Below, in pieces: positions 48,921-56,638 of a stretch of 56,638 nt of DNA (positions within the stretch are counted from its first letter, which is position 1; each line of letters opens with the position of its first letter). Source of the DNA: an uncultured Gammaproteobacteria bacterium (lineage in GTDB: Bacteria > Patescibacteriota > Patescibacteriia > Patescibacteriales > UBA12465); the NCBI GenBank assembly GCA_964539545.1, contig CAZIJG010000005.1, positions 8,062-64,699 on the forward strand. The letters run 5' to 3'. The position numbers and the translations under genes were made by a program. The notes below the pieces were generated by a model. That model ran no database searches and had not been told where the DNA came from. It saw nothing but the letters and a program-made list of their open reading frames with translations.

Positions 48921-48945
48921 AAAACCGCCAATAAATGACGGTTTT
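48921..48945. terminator. Bidirectional terminator; copy 2 of the 25-nt repeat
   Basis: aaaACCGCCAataaaTGACGGTtttt, one mismatch in the stem. It lies downstream of the 626-aa gene. Confidence 0.6.
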
Positions 48946-48963
48946 CTATTTGAATATATTCGA

Positions 48964-50844
48964 TTAAACTCTTTTTATCACTTTTACTAAACCTTTATCT
49001 GCATAGACTTCTACTTCGTCTCCATCTTTTAGAACTTTAGTAGCATTCCTGGTGGCAATCACACAGGGGGTGTTGGTTTCTCTGGCTACAATAGCAGCAT
49101 GGGAAGTTACTCCTCCCTGGTCAGTAACAAAGGCCGCAGCTTTTTTCATGGCTGGCAGAAGGTCTGGCTGGGTAGAGATAGAAACTAAAATATCTCCTTC
49201 TTTCATTTTTTGCATATCAGCCATAACATTTACTATCTTTACTATACCCTTGGCTCGCCCTCGACAACCACATTGGCCATTTAGTTCGGATACCTCCTCA
49301 TGATCATCTGTTTCAATATATTTTTCAACAATTTTTTGAGCCTGATCTCCACTATAATATACTTCAGTATCTTTAGCAGTATAATATAGACTATATTTTA
49401 CTCTCTTTTTTATTTCATCCTTGTCTAACGTTTTATTAAATAGAGCATTTTTGATTTCGCTAGAGGTCATAAATCTAACCTCTTTCAGCGATAGACCAAT
49501 GCGTTCAGATATTTCAGTTAATAAAAAGGTGGTTTTGTACAAAGCAAACAGTTGAGCAGAACGACGATAAATCTTAGTGACCATGAAATCTCCCCAAGCA
49601 TCAAAAAATCTAATTAAGTTCTTAGATAATTTCAATTCTTTTATTAATTGTTTCTTTCTAGTCTGAATATTCTCCAACTCTTGTTCTTGTCTTTTGAACG
49701 AAGCATCTAAATCACTATCACCAGACACTAGCCTAACTAAAGTCTTTAAATAGTGTTCAAAACTATATACCCCTTGCTCTTCGGTGTAGATAAATTTAGT
49801 AAAGAAATATTTAGTATAGTGATTTTGAAGATCATTTAATATATCAGCATCAATTTTGTCTGTTAAACTTCTAACTATTGCTTCAAATTTTTCCTCATAG
49901 ACTAGGCTATGGGTATACAGGCCTAAGTATTTGACATCTTCTTCTTTGAATTTTCTAAACAATTCCTTGAACAGTTCATACTGCTGTTTATTCTTTTGCA
50001 CTTTAATACCAATCTTCATTAAATTATCATCCTCTTGTTTAATCAATGATTCTTCAATCGGCTGAGTAACAATTGGTAAATATTCTTCTATCTTAGATTG
50101 AGGAACTTTTAAGTCTTTCAAAATCTCCTTACCTTTGTTGGTTAAATTATTATGGAACATGTCAGCCGCTGCCGGAATCCACCCCCATTGATAATATTCA
50201 AAGTGAACATCTTCATGGACCTGATAGAGGGCCCAAAGATCTTTCACAGATAGCCTATGTAAATTTGATTCAGGAATTTTATCTACAGTCTCTATTAACT
50301 TATCTCCCCAATATCTAATTTTATCATTCACTTCTTCCATAAACTCAGGCTTCTTGAAAAATTTATTAATTAAATTTTCAGCTACTTCGAATGAATCTTG
50401 TTTATCAAAATAAAATTTTAAATAGTACCCCTTATACATAGAAGCTAGATGTTTGTAAGTTCTGCCACTAGGATTTTGAAACTGGTTAGTAAAACAATAA
50501 AATGGCAGGGTCATAAACCAAGGATTGGCATTAACTATTTCTTCGCCTAATAACCACTCTCTATCAAATCTACCTTTAATCTCTGACTGTTGCTGTTTTT
50601 TAAAAATTGCCACTAAATCATCCATGTAATCGCAGCTCAGATTTAAATGAAAGTATTTCTTATTTTTCTTAATTTCCATAGTCACAATTCCTTCTTTCAC
50701 TAAACTATCTATTTCCCGAGAAACATTAGCTGTGTCTTTAGACAAAGACTTAGATATCTCAGTTAAATAAAAATCTTTCTGTTTATTATTAATAAACAGC
50801 TCAATAATGTCATAGGATGTTTGTGATTTAAACAGTTTTTTCAT
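48964..50844 (-). CDS. Winged-helix DNA-binding domain + uncharacterised helical region + PEP-utilizer mobile (phosphohistidine swivel) domain protein
   Basis: N-terminus YDIIELFINNKQKDFYLTEISKSLSKDTANVSREIDSLVKEGIV (wHTH, MarR/ArsR-like). C-terminus GDILVSISTQPDLLPAMKKAAAFVTDQGGVTSHAAIVARETNTPCVIA...DGDEVEVYADKGLV (PEP_mobile signature with catalytic His). Confidence 0.75.
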   Translation of the reverse strand: MKKLFKSQTSYDIIELFINNKQKDFYLTEISKSLSKDTANVSREIDSLVKEGIVTMEIKKNKKYFHLNLSCDYMDDLVAIFKKQQQSEIKGRFDREWLLGEEIVNANPWFMTLPFYCFTNQFQNPSGRTYKHLASMYKGYYLKFYFDKQDSFEVAENLINKFFKKPEFMEEVNDKIRYWGDKLIETVDKIPESNLHRLSVKDLWALYQVHEDVHFEYYQWGWIPAAADMFHNNLTNKGKEILKDLKVPQSKIEEYLPIVTQPIEESLIKQEDDNLMKIGIKVQKNKQQYELFKELFRKFKEEDVKYLGLYTHSLVYEEKFEAIVRSLTDKIDADILNDLQNHYTKYFFTKFIYTEEQGVYSFEHYLKTLVRLVSGDSDLDASFKRQEQELENIQTRKKQLIKELKLSKNLIRFFDAWGDFMVTKIYRRSAQLFALYKTTFLLTEISERIGLSLKEVRFMTSSEIKNALFNKTLDKDEIKKRVKYSLYYTAKDTEVYYSGDQAQKIVEKYIETDDHEEVSELNGQCGCRGRAKGIVKIVNVMADMQKMKEGDILVSISTQPDLLPAMKKAAAFVTDQGGVTSHAAIVARETNTPCVIATRNATKVLKDGDEVEVYADKGLVKVIKRV

Positions 50845-50882
50845 ATATTTGTTTTATAAGCTAATTACTTTGTTTACTAGAC

Positions 50883-50911
50883 ATCATATGTACTTTTCAT
50901 CTATTTGTCAA
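50883..50911 (-). promoter_or_regulatory. Putative promoter of the wHTH-swivel gene
   Basis: Minus strand: TTGACA (50911-50906), 17-nt spacer, TATGAT (50888-50883), about 38 nt upstream of the ATG. Confidence 0.45.
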
Positions 50912-50912
50912 T

Positions 50913-50943
50913 AAAAAAACCGTTGTCTACTCTCAACAACGGT
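50913..50943 (-). terminator. Terminator ending the 494aa / phosphatase / 354aa operon
   Basis: aaaaaaACCGTTGTctactctcaACAACGGT: 8-bp perfect stem. On the minus strand it is followed by a T7 run. Confidence 0.65.
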
Positions 50944-50954
50944 TGTAATAAAAA

Positions 50955-52019
50955 CTATTTTATTATCCTAATAATTCCATGATCTGCATCTACTTCCACC
51001 ATATCACCATTTTGCAACACTTTAGTAGCCACCTCTAGACCAACTATACAGGGTTTTTGCAATTCCCTGGCTGTAATAGCCGCATGACATAGCATGCCGC
51101 CAGCATCAGTGATAAAAGCTGCTGACTTTTCAACTAAAGACAGATATTCTGGTCGTGTCATTTCGGTTACCAAGATATCCCCTTTATTAAATTTATTCTT
51201 TTTTTGAGTATCAAGAATCACCCTAGCCGTTCCCCTAACAAACCCTGGATAAGCAGTGGTGCCATTAATAATCTTTTTATTTAATAAACTACTATTTAAA
51301 TCCGTTTCTATGTTTCCGACTTCCTTGCCTGTTACTATTCGACAATTTCCCCCTTTAGTAAATAAGACTGCTGAAGAATCAAAGCGATCTTGTAAAATTT
51401 TAATTGATGGGGCTTTTCCTGTCTTCAAAAATTCTGGAAATTCATCCTTGGTCATACATAAAATTAATTCTGCAGCGATACCCACTTGTTTACTTAATTG
51501 CTTAGAAAATTTTCTCATAAACTTCTCTGTTTCAGCATAAACCGGTTCGGCATAAAGTCTGGCCTCTGTTAATTTTGGTAATAATTCTTGCAGATCTTTT
51601 TCTGGTAAAAAATTGACACTCACTTTAATGGCGCGATGAGAAGATTCATATCCAAAGAACATCTCCAAAAAACTATTGTAATCATCAACTGTTATTTTTG
51701 ATTTATTATATTTATTAATTAAACTTAATATGTCATCTGTTTCCTTCTTCATGTCTTTACACCAATCTAAAGCCACTTTATGATCATTCATAACCTTAAT
51801 AGCTAATTGTTCACCGAACTTATGATAATCATCCTGTTCCAAAGAACAAACGCTTAATCCTTTACGAAAAATAAATATAGAAACATCCAGGGAGCTACCC
51901 AGTGTTTCTTCGAGTGTTTTAGTATATTGATAACCGATATAGGTACAGGTTAAAATGCTCCATTTTCCTGCCCAATGTTTTAACCAAGTATATTTTTCTG
52001 GATGTTGTATTTTATTCAT
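50955..52019 (-). CDS. PEP-utilizer mobile (swivel) domain protein with a short uncharacterised N-terminal region
   Basis: C-terminus GDILVTEMTRPEYLSLVEKSAAFITDAGGMLCHAAITARELQKPCIVG...NGDMVEVDADHGII. The N-terminal 250 aa show no ATP-grasp or TIM-barrel motifs. Confidence 0.75.
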   Translation of the reverse strand: MNKIQHPEKYTWLKHWAGKWSILTCTYIGYQYTKTLEETLGSSLDVSIFIFRKGLSVCSLEQDDYHKFGEQLAIKVMNDHKVALDWCKDMKKETDDILSLINKYNKSKITVDDYNSFLEMFFGYESSHRAIKVSVNFLPEKDLQELLPKLTEARLYAEPVYAETEKFMRKFSKQLSKQVGIAAELILCMTKDEFPEFLKTGKAPSIKILQDRFDSSAVLFTKGGNCRIVTGKEVGNIETDLNSSLLNKKIINGTTAYPGFVRGTARVILDTQKKNKFNKGDILVTEMTRPEYLSLVEKSAAFITDAGGMLCHAAITARELQKPCIVGLEVATKVLQNGDMVEVDADHGIIRIIK

Positions 52020-52027
52020 ATTATTAT

Positions 52028-52915
52028 TTATTTACATTTTTCATCTAATTTTTTTCTATCATTCATAATATTTTGTAAAATATTAATATCTACTTCTAAG
52101 GTCTTTTCTTCTTCGTCTAATTCATAATAAATTTTTATTTTCTGTTCAACTCCTTTATTTATTATTTCAACTCTTATTCCCTCCAACTCTTTAAAACAAT
52201 GACCAACTTTTTCTAAAAAATTATCTCTAGCTGCTTTTCCTAAAGTCTTTTCGATGAGCTTAGCTAAAAATGACTCAACCACTGTCCCATGACTGCCTAA
52301 ATATCTTTCAAGTTGATTGCCAGTTTTTTTATAGTCATCTTTTTTGCTAGCTAATCTATTAAAATTATTACCTATTTTCATGTATCTATCCACTATTTCT
52401 GCTAAGTTTCCTGCTTGCCTAGAATAAGTCGTACTAATCTGATCTTTACCGTCAATAGCCATCTGATCACTATCTTTTACATACTTCAACATAAATTGAG
52501 GATTATTAGCAAACTCTGCTTTTAAAGCATCTCCGACTGGTCCGCTATAGGTAAAATTCAATCTATCATCTTCAATAACTCTTTTCCCCACCTTCATATT
52601 ATTCTTCATTTTATCTTCCATTTCTTCTAAAGTATCTATTTCTCCAATTTCAGCTTCATTAGCTAACATTACGTGTGCCGAAGTTTCCTGGGTTCTTTTC
52701 TGTGGACCACCCCAAGCTAATGATACCTCTGGTTGAGAATTTATTTTTTTACCTTTTTCATGAGCTTCACGTTTTCCTACTTCTGATAACATTAATTCGC
52801 TACTGGACTTATTGGGATCAACTTCTTTTATACCGTGCCTAAAAAAATCTAAAAAAATCTTTGTCTCTAAATTTTTCTCTTTTTCTTGATTGCTATCTTG
52901 TTCAAATTTAAACAT
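52028..52915 (-). CDS. Histidine phosphatase superfamily (PGAM-like) protein
   Basis: FLDFFRHGIKE (RHG catalytic motif) and ...RYLGSHGTVVESFL (second His motif). 295 aa. It is 8 and 11 nt from the flanking swivel genes. Confidence 0.6.
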   Translation of the reverse strand: MFKFEQDSNQEKEKNLETKIFLDFFRHGIKEVDPNKSSSELMLSEVGKREAHEKGKKINSQPEVSLAWGGPQKRTQETSAHVMLANEAEIGEIDTLEEMEDKMKNNMKVGKRVIEDDRLNFTYSGPVGDALKAEFANNPQFMLKYVKDSDQMAIDGKDQISTTYSRQAGNLAEIVDRYMKIGNNFNRLASKKDDYKKTGNQLERYLGSHGTVVESFLAKLIEKTLGKAARDNFLEKVGHCFKELEGIRVEIINKGVEQKIKIYYELDEEEKTLEVDINILQNIMNDRKKLDEKCK

Positions 52916-52926
52916 ATATTTATATA

Positions 52927-54411
52927 TTATTTTATTATTTTAACTGTCCCTAGGCTCGCGTCTATTTCTACCATATCACCGTCCTTTAATGCTTTGGTAG
53001 CTATTTTAGTTCCTACCACACATGGAGTTTTTAATTCTCTAGCGGTAATTGCAGCATGACAGGTTAAGCCTCCTGAATTAGTAATAAAGGCACTAGCCTT
53101 CTTCATCGCTGATAACAATGAAGGATCCGTAATATTTGAAACTAATACTTCACCTTTTTCCAACTTACCCATTTCACTAGCCTGATTAATAACTTTTACT
53201 CTAGCTTTTACTTTACCTGGCCAGGCACATTCACCCTGAAAGAAGTCCTTAAACTTTTCTACAACTAAACACTGTTTAGCTACGGCCACTATATTTCTAG
53301 CCTGCTCACCTATTAACAACTTATTTACTTGTCCATCATAGTATTGAATTGAATACTTCAAACTACGATTTATTTTAGTAAGATTAAATTTATCTTCCCT
53401 AAGAGACTTAATTAACTCTGGCAGAGACAAAGCATATAGTTGCTTCATGGATAAATGATTGTCTTTAGCTACTTTCCTTAATATTGGCCAAACTGCGCTA
53501 TAGCTCATATACAAAGCATCCATGCGATGAGCTTTGATGAATAAAACTTCCTCTAATAGTCTAAATAATTTCTGGTACTCAGGTGCAATATCTAATTGTT
53601 TAATATATTTATTCTTGGTTTCAATCAATTTGTCCTGTTTGGCAAATGATTTCTCTAATTTTTTAATCGCCACTTCATTTCCCACTAAACCTTGAAAGTG
53701 ACCAGCAAAAAAATCGTAATCTAAATCCGGACCGATCCAACCGAAGGCTAGCCATTTATATTTTTCATAATGAGCCACTAATCCTTTCTTGTCATTATAC
53801 TTAGCCAAGGCTAACAGATCAATTTCCTCCTTCTGAGCCATAGATAATTCTCTTGGCAAAGTTAAAACTTGAAAAACTTCTAGTAGTCTTTTAGCATCCA
53901 GGCCTTTTTTCTTTAAATAACTCCTCAAATAGTCTGTAAGAAAAAAATTCTCCATTTCTAAAACATTCGTCACTTGCCCCAATGACCAAGTGCTGTGATG
54001 AAATTTATGATACTCCTGTAGCAAAGTAATAATTTTCTCTTTCTTCAGACTATCTACTCTAAGACTCCTAGCTTGATGGTTAAAGGTAATCAAGCCATCG
54101 GCAGCCTTTCTAATTCGATTTAATAATGTCTCTAATCTTTTGGGATCTTTTAAAATCGTTGTTAAATAACTCTGCCCTAGATTATCCCACTCTGACCTGG
54201 ACATATAGCAACGTAAAATATGTTCATCCTGTTCAAATATTAATTGACTCAAGCCTTTGCCCACTTCTTTCTTAATTGCCAAGGTCATTCCATGCACAAA
54301 ACTAGAGTGAATCCAGTATACGTGATACCACTCCCCAAATAAAAAATAATCTTTTATTTTTCTTGCTTGCTTAATCTGATCCATAAATTTATTATTCCCT
54401 ATAAACTGCAA
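52927..54411 (-). CDS. PEP-utilizer mobile (swivel) domain protein with an uncharacterised ~390-aa helical N-terminal region
   Basis: C-terminus GEVLVSNITDPSLLSAMKKASAFITNSGGLTCHAAITARELKTPCVVG...DGDMVEIDASLGTV. The ORF track starts at TTG 54411, but ATG 54384 (MDQIKQ) is an alternative. Confidence 0.75.
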   Translation of the reverse strand: MQFIGNNKFMDQIKQARKIKDYFLFGEWYHVYWIHSSFVHGMTLAIKKEVGKGLSQLIFEQDEHILRCYMSRSEWDNLGQSYLTTILKDPKRLETLLNRIRKAADGLITFNHQARSLRVDSLKKEKIITLLQEYHKFHHSTWSLGQVTNVLEMENFFLTDYLRSYLKKKGLDAKRLLEVFQVLTLPRELSMAQKEEIDLLALAKYNDKKGLVAHYEKYKWLAFGWIGPDLDYDFFAGHFQGLVGNEVAIKKLEKSFAKQDKLIETKNKYIKQLDIAPEYQKLFRLLEEVLFIKAHRMDALYMSYSAVWPILRKVAKDNHLSMKQLYALSLPELIKSLREDKFNLTKINRSLKYSIQYYDGQVNKLLIGEQARNIVAVAKQCLVVEKFKDFFQGECAWPGKVKARVKVINQASEMGKLEKGEVLVSNITDPSLLSAMKKASAFITNSGGLTCHAAITARELKTPCVVGTKIATKALKDGDMVEIDASLGTVKIIK

Positions 54412-54461
54412 CTAACCTTAGTCTAACATACTAAAATACCCCTGAAAAGATAATTACTAGC

Positions 54462-54484
54462 AAAAAAGCCCTCTTAATGAAGGC
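54462..54484 (-). terminator. Terminator downstream of the flavodoxin-like gene
   Basis: Minus strand: GCCTTCattaaGAGGGC followed by tttttt (one mismatch in the stem). Confidence 0.45.
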
Positions 54485-54513
54485 CTTTATCAATATATTT
54501 AAATTGCTATATT

Positions 54514-55101
54514 TTATTTGAAGATTTTCTTCCCCCTGGCAATTATCTTCTTTTTCAGGTTTACTCTATCATTTACCAAATTCTCTTTACCACTGCCGCA
54601 ATCAAAAGCTAAACCAACTATTTTTTTTCTAGCTCCGTAATAGGACAACGTCCAACGAATCTGCAGAAAGGCTATGAGATTAAAAAATATTCCAAATTTA
54701 GGAGCTCCGGATGAAAACAATAAATAAAATTTCTTATTTCCCCAAGCTGGCACTCTAGTCTTCTTTTCTTCAGACCAGGGTCTAGCGAAATAAGATAATC
54801 TATCTAAAATATTTTTTAACACCGCCGGGATGCCGAAGTTCCATACCGGAGACGTTATCACAATATATTTAGATTCTTGCATCTTAGCAAACAACATTTT
54901 TACATCTGCCTCTATCTGCTCGGAAGTAAGATCGGGTTTATAATTATCTTTACAGCAATAATTTATAGTTAGATCATAAAGGCATATCTCTTCCACCTCA
55001 TAATGCTCCTTATTTATACCACTAAGAAACCACTGTCCTAGAGTGGATGAATTGCCTCCTTTATTTGGTGAGGCGCAAAGTAACAATATCTTTTCTTTCA
55101 T
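54514..55101 (-). CDS. Flavodoxin-like fold NAD(P)H-dependent FMN reductase family protein
   Basis: KILLLCASPNKGGNSSTLGQWF...YIVITSPVWNFGIPAVLKNILDR is the FMN_red/flavodoxin_2 pattern. Confidence 0.75.
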   Translation of the reverse strand: MKEKILLLCASPNKGGNSSTLGQWFLSGINKEHYEVEEICLYDLTINYCCKDNYKPDLTSEQIEADVKMLFAKMQESKYIVITSPVWNFGIPAVLKNILDRLSYFARPWSEEKKTRVPAWGNKKFYLLFSSGAPKFGIFFNLIAFLQIRWTLSYYGARKKIVGLAFDCGSGKENLVNDRVNLKKKIIARGKKIFK

Positions 55102-55105
55102 ATAT

Positions 55106-55774
55106 TTATTGAATATCCGCTTCTATCATAATATCAAAAACCATCTCATCCTTAATAACCTGATCCTTTAGATCTTCAAAAAACTTTCCTGAGCCATATT
55201 CAACTCCCCATTCAGTTCTATCTAAAATTAGGTGTGTATAGGCAGTTAATTCACCTCGCAAGGCGTTAATAACAGATTCGAATGTAATCTCCTTAGTAAT
55301 ATCTCTAATAGTTAAATCGCCAACTGTCTCAAACACCGGCAACCCTTCATGATTAGTCTTTAGTAATCGTGCACTCTTTAATTCAAGAACTGCCTCTGGA
55401 TAAGTTACAGTTGAAAAGAAGTCATCTCCTTTCAAATGCTCTTCTAAAGAATCGCTACCATCATCATCTGCAATGCTAGTCATATCAATAACAAATTTAC
55501 CGCCAACAATATTATTGTCTATAATTTCTAATTCGCTTCTTTTTAAACTTACAGTTCCCGTTTGAGCACTGCCAGTATATTCATCTCCCATCCAATTTAC
55601 TGAACTTTTATCAATATCGGCCACATAAACTCCAGCATCAATAAGGACCTCCCCCACCACAACATTTGCCGCCGAAGTAATATCCGCATCATCGGTTCTA
55701 ACCGCTTTCTTACTACAACCAGCAAAAACTAATATTGCTACCGCCAGCAGAGAAAATAATAAAATCTTTTTCAT
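55106..55774 (-). CDS. YceI-like lipoprotein
   Basis: Lipobox LVFAGC. ...GKFVIDMTSI......HLKGDDFFSTVTYPEAVLELKS......GDLTIRDITKEITFE are YceI (polyisoprenoid-binding) motifs. Confidence 0.8.
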   Translation of the reverse strand: MKKILLFSLLAVAILVFAGCSKKAVRTDDADITSAANVVVGEVLIDAGVYVADIDKSSVNWMGDEYTGSAQTGTVSLKRSELEIIDNNIVGGKFVIDMTSIADDDGSDSLEEHLKGDDFFSTVTYPEAVLELKSARLLKTNHEGLPVFETVGDLTIRDITKEITFESVINALRGELTAYTHLILDRTEWGVEYGSGKFFEDLKDQVIKDEMVFDIMIEADIQ

Positions 55775-55917
55775 ATATCTAAGAGCTTGTCATTAATAAA
55801 TAACAGAGACCCCATTAATTATAAAGTAGGTACATTTTACATTATAATTAGCAAACAACCAAATAAAAAAGACCAAATCATGGCCTGTTGTAAATATTAT
55901 TCTAATTTATCAATACA

Positions 55918-56409
55918 CTACATACTCTCGTCTAATATCTTCCTAATATAGGGATTCTTTAGCTCACGATATCTAAGATTATCCATGCCAGACATTTTTA
56001 AAATCTGTTTTTTAAAGTCTTCGTAGGCCTTCATCTCTTCCACATTGTTTCGTAAATATTTTCTAAAAAACATAGCCTCTCTCAAATACAAACTATTCTC
56101 TTCAACTAAGTGCAAATGATATCTTCTGCTTTGTTCATCTAAAATAAAAAAGTGTCTATCTTCAGCGCTACCTGTTTCTGAGTACAAATAACCAGAACTA
56201 ATTAAATTTCCTTTCATTGCTTGCATATCATCAGCATTAACCACAACCATCATATCTATTACCCCCTTACCTCCTAAGTTTAATACTGACGTACTGCCAA
56301 TATGCTCAATAACAAATTCTAAAGCAATATTGTCTTGCAATCTAGTTTTTTCTTTTAAAAATACTTCTGCAAATATAGGATCGTATTCTTTGAATGTATA
56401 TATATTCAT
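55918..56409 (-). CDS. GrpB family protein (nucleotidyltransferase fold)
   Basis: IEHIGSTSVLNLGGKGVIDMMVVV......RYHLHLVEENS......FRKYLRNN......Y...K are GrpB/DUF86-type motifs. Confidence 0.85.
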   Translation of the reverse strand: MNIYTFKEYDPIFAEVFLKEKTRLQDNIALEFVIEHIGSTSVLNLGGKGVIDMMVVVNADDMQAMKGNLISSGYLYSETGSAEDRHFFILDEQSRRYHLHLVEENSLYLREAMFFRKYLRNNVEEMKAYEDFKKQILKMSGMDNLRYRELKNPYIRKILDESM

Positions 56410-56433
56410 AACTACTAGCTAGCCAATGGCTTA

Positions 56434-56637
56434 ATCACATAAATCTACAGAAAATTCTGCTTGTCCTCTACCAGCCTGACAAATAAATTGAGATGACTGT
56501 TCATTATTTAACATCCAAATACCAGCTTCTTGGCTAATGGTTGCTATTCTCTTTACGGTCTTCACGGAGTCATCTTTCAATCCTTCATAAATGGCCTCAA
56601 TCTGGTTATCAACAATATTAATGGTTAGCTCATCACA
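56434..56637 (-). CDS. 3' fragment of an unidentified CDS running off the window
   Basis: Manual minus-strand translation gives an open frame to the window edge: ...CDELTINIVDNQIEAIYEGLKDDSVKTVKRIATISQEAGIWMLNNEQSSQFICQAGRGQSRIFCRFM*. No family recognised. Confidence 0.3.
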
Positions 56638-56638
56638 T

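Noticed and set aside
46117-48945. The 25-nt flanking direct repeats as attachment sites or MITE ends of a mobile element
   Set aside because: There is no integrase, transposase or terminal inverted-repeat structure. Each copy is itself a plausible Rho-independent terminator, so functional convergence or a genome-wide terminator family is at least as likely. It is kept only as a cautious finding.
48964-54411. Interpretation of the three swivel-domain ORFs as fragments of a disrupted ppsA/PPDK pseudogene
   Set aside because: Each ORF has its own complete swivel domain, its own start and stop, and clean short intergenic gaps. No ATP-grasp or PEP-binding TIM-barrel remnants are visible between them in any frame. 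They are diverged paralogs, not pieces of one gene.
55775-55917. Possible terminator (ggccatgatttggtctttttt on the minus strand) and regulatory elements between GrpB and YceI
   Set aside because: The stem is only about 5 bp and includes a G-U pair. It is plausible but too weak to list as a feature.

Overview
AT-rich, very tightly packed chromosomal segment. Intergenic gaps are often 1-10 nt and most transcription units end in clear hairpin + T-run terminators. Gene content and style suggest a Candidate Phyla Radiation (Parcubacteria-like) bacterium: many family-2 glycosyltransferases, polytopic GT-C-like membrane proteins, PEGA, DUF167, DUF378 and DUF3467 proteins, and short HrcA and ATP synthase delta. 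This placement is inference only. The standard code is used (TGA is a stop, e.g. 40388-40390). I found no rRNA, tRNA, CRISPR array, transposase or integrase. Left to right the window holds: recR (3' end), rplU, murA, a PEGA protein, and a galU + 3xGT2 + DUF167 operon. Next is a deoxypyrimidine operon (dcd, tandem ThyX-like, UPF0200-like kinase, adk, tmk-like), then gatB, miaA-miaB, two large polytopic membrane proteins and a 798-aa exported protein. These are followed by mltG, a cytidylyltransferase and a complete F1Fo ATP synthase operon (atpZ-B-E-F-H-A-G-D-C) preceded by tatD. A CIRCE-controlled heat-shock operon follows (hrcA, DUF1653-grpE, hsp20, dnaK, DUF3467, dnaJ), then PBP2, an OmpR/HK pair and envelope genes (DUF378, TspO, C39-like peptidase, L,D-transpeptidase, ZIP). 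After an isolated long-form urocanase come a flavodoxin-like reductase, a YceI lipoprotein and GrpB. The strongest candidate for an undescribed system is at 48964-54411. It holds three paralogous proteins that carry only the phosphohistidine swivel (PEP-utilizer mobile) domain behind novel helical N-termini, one of them fused to a winged-helix DNA-binding domain, and the operon also encodes a histidine-phosphatase-fold protein.
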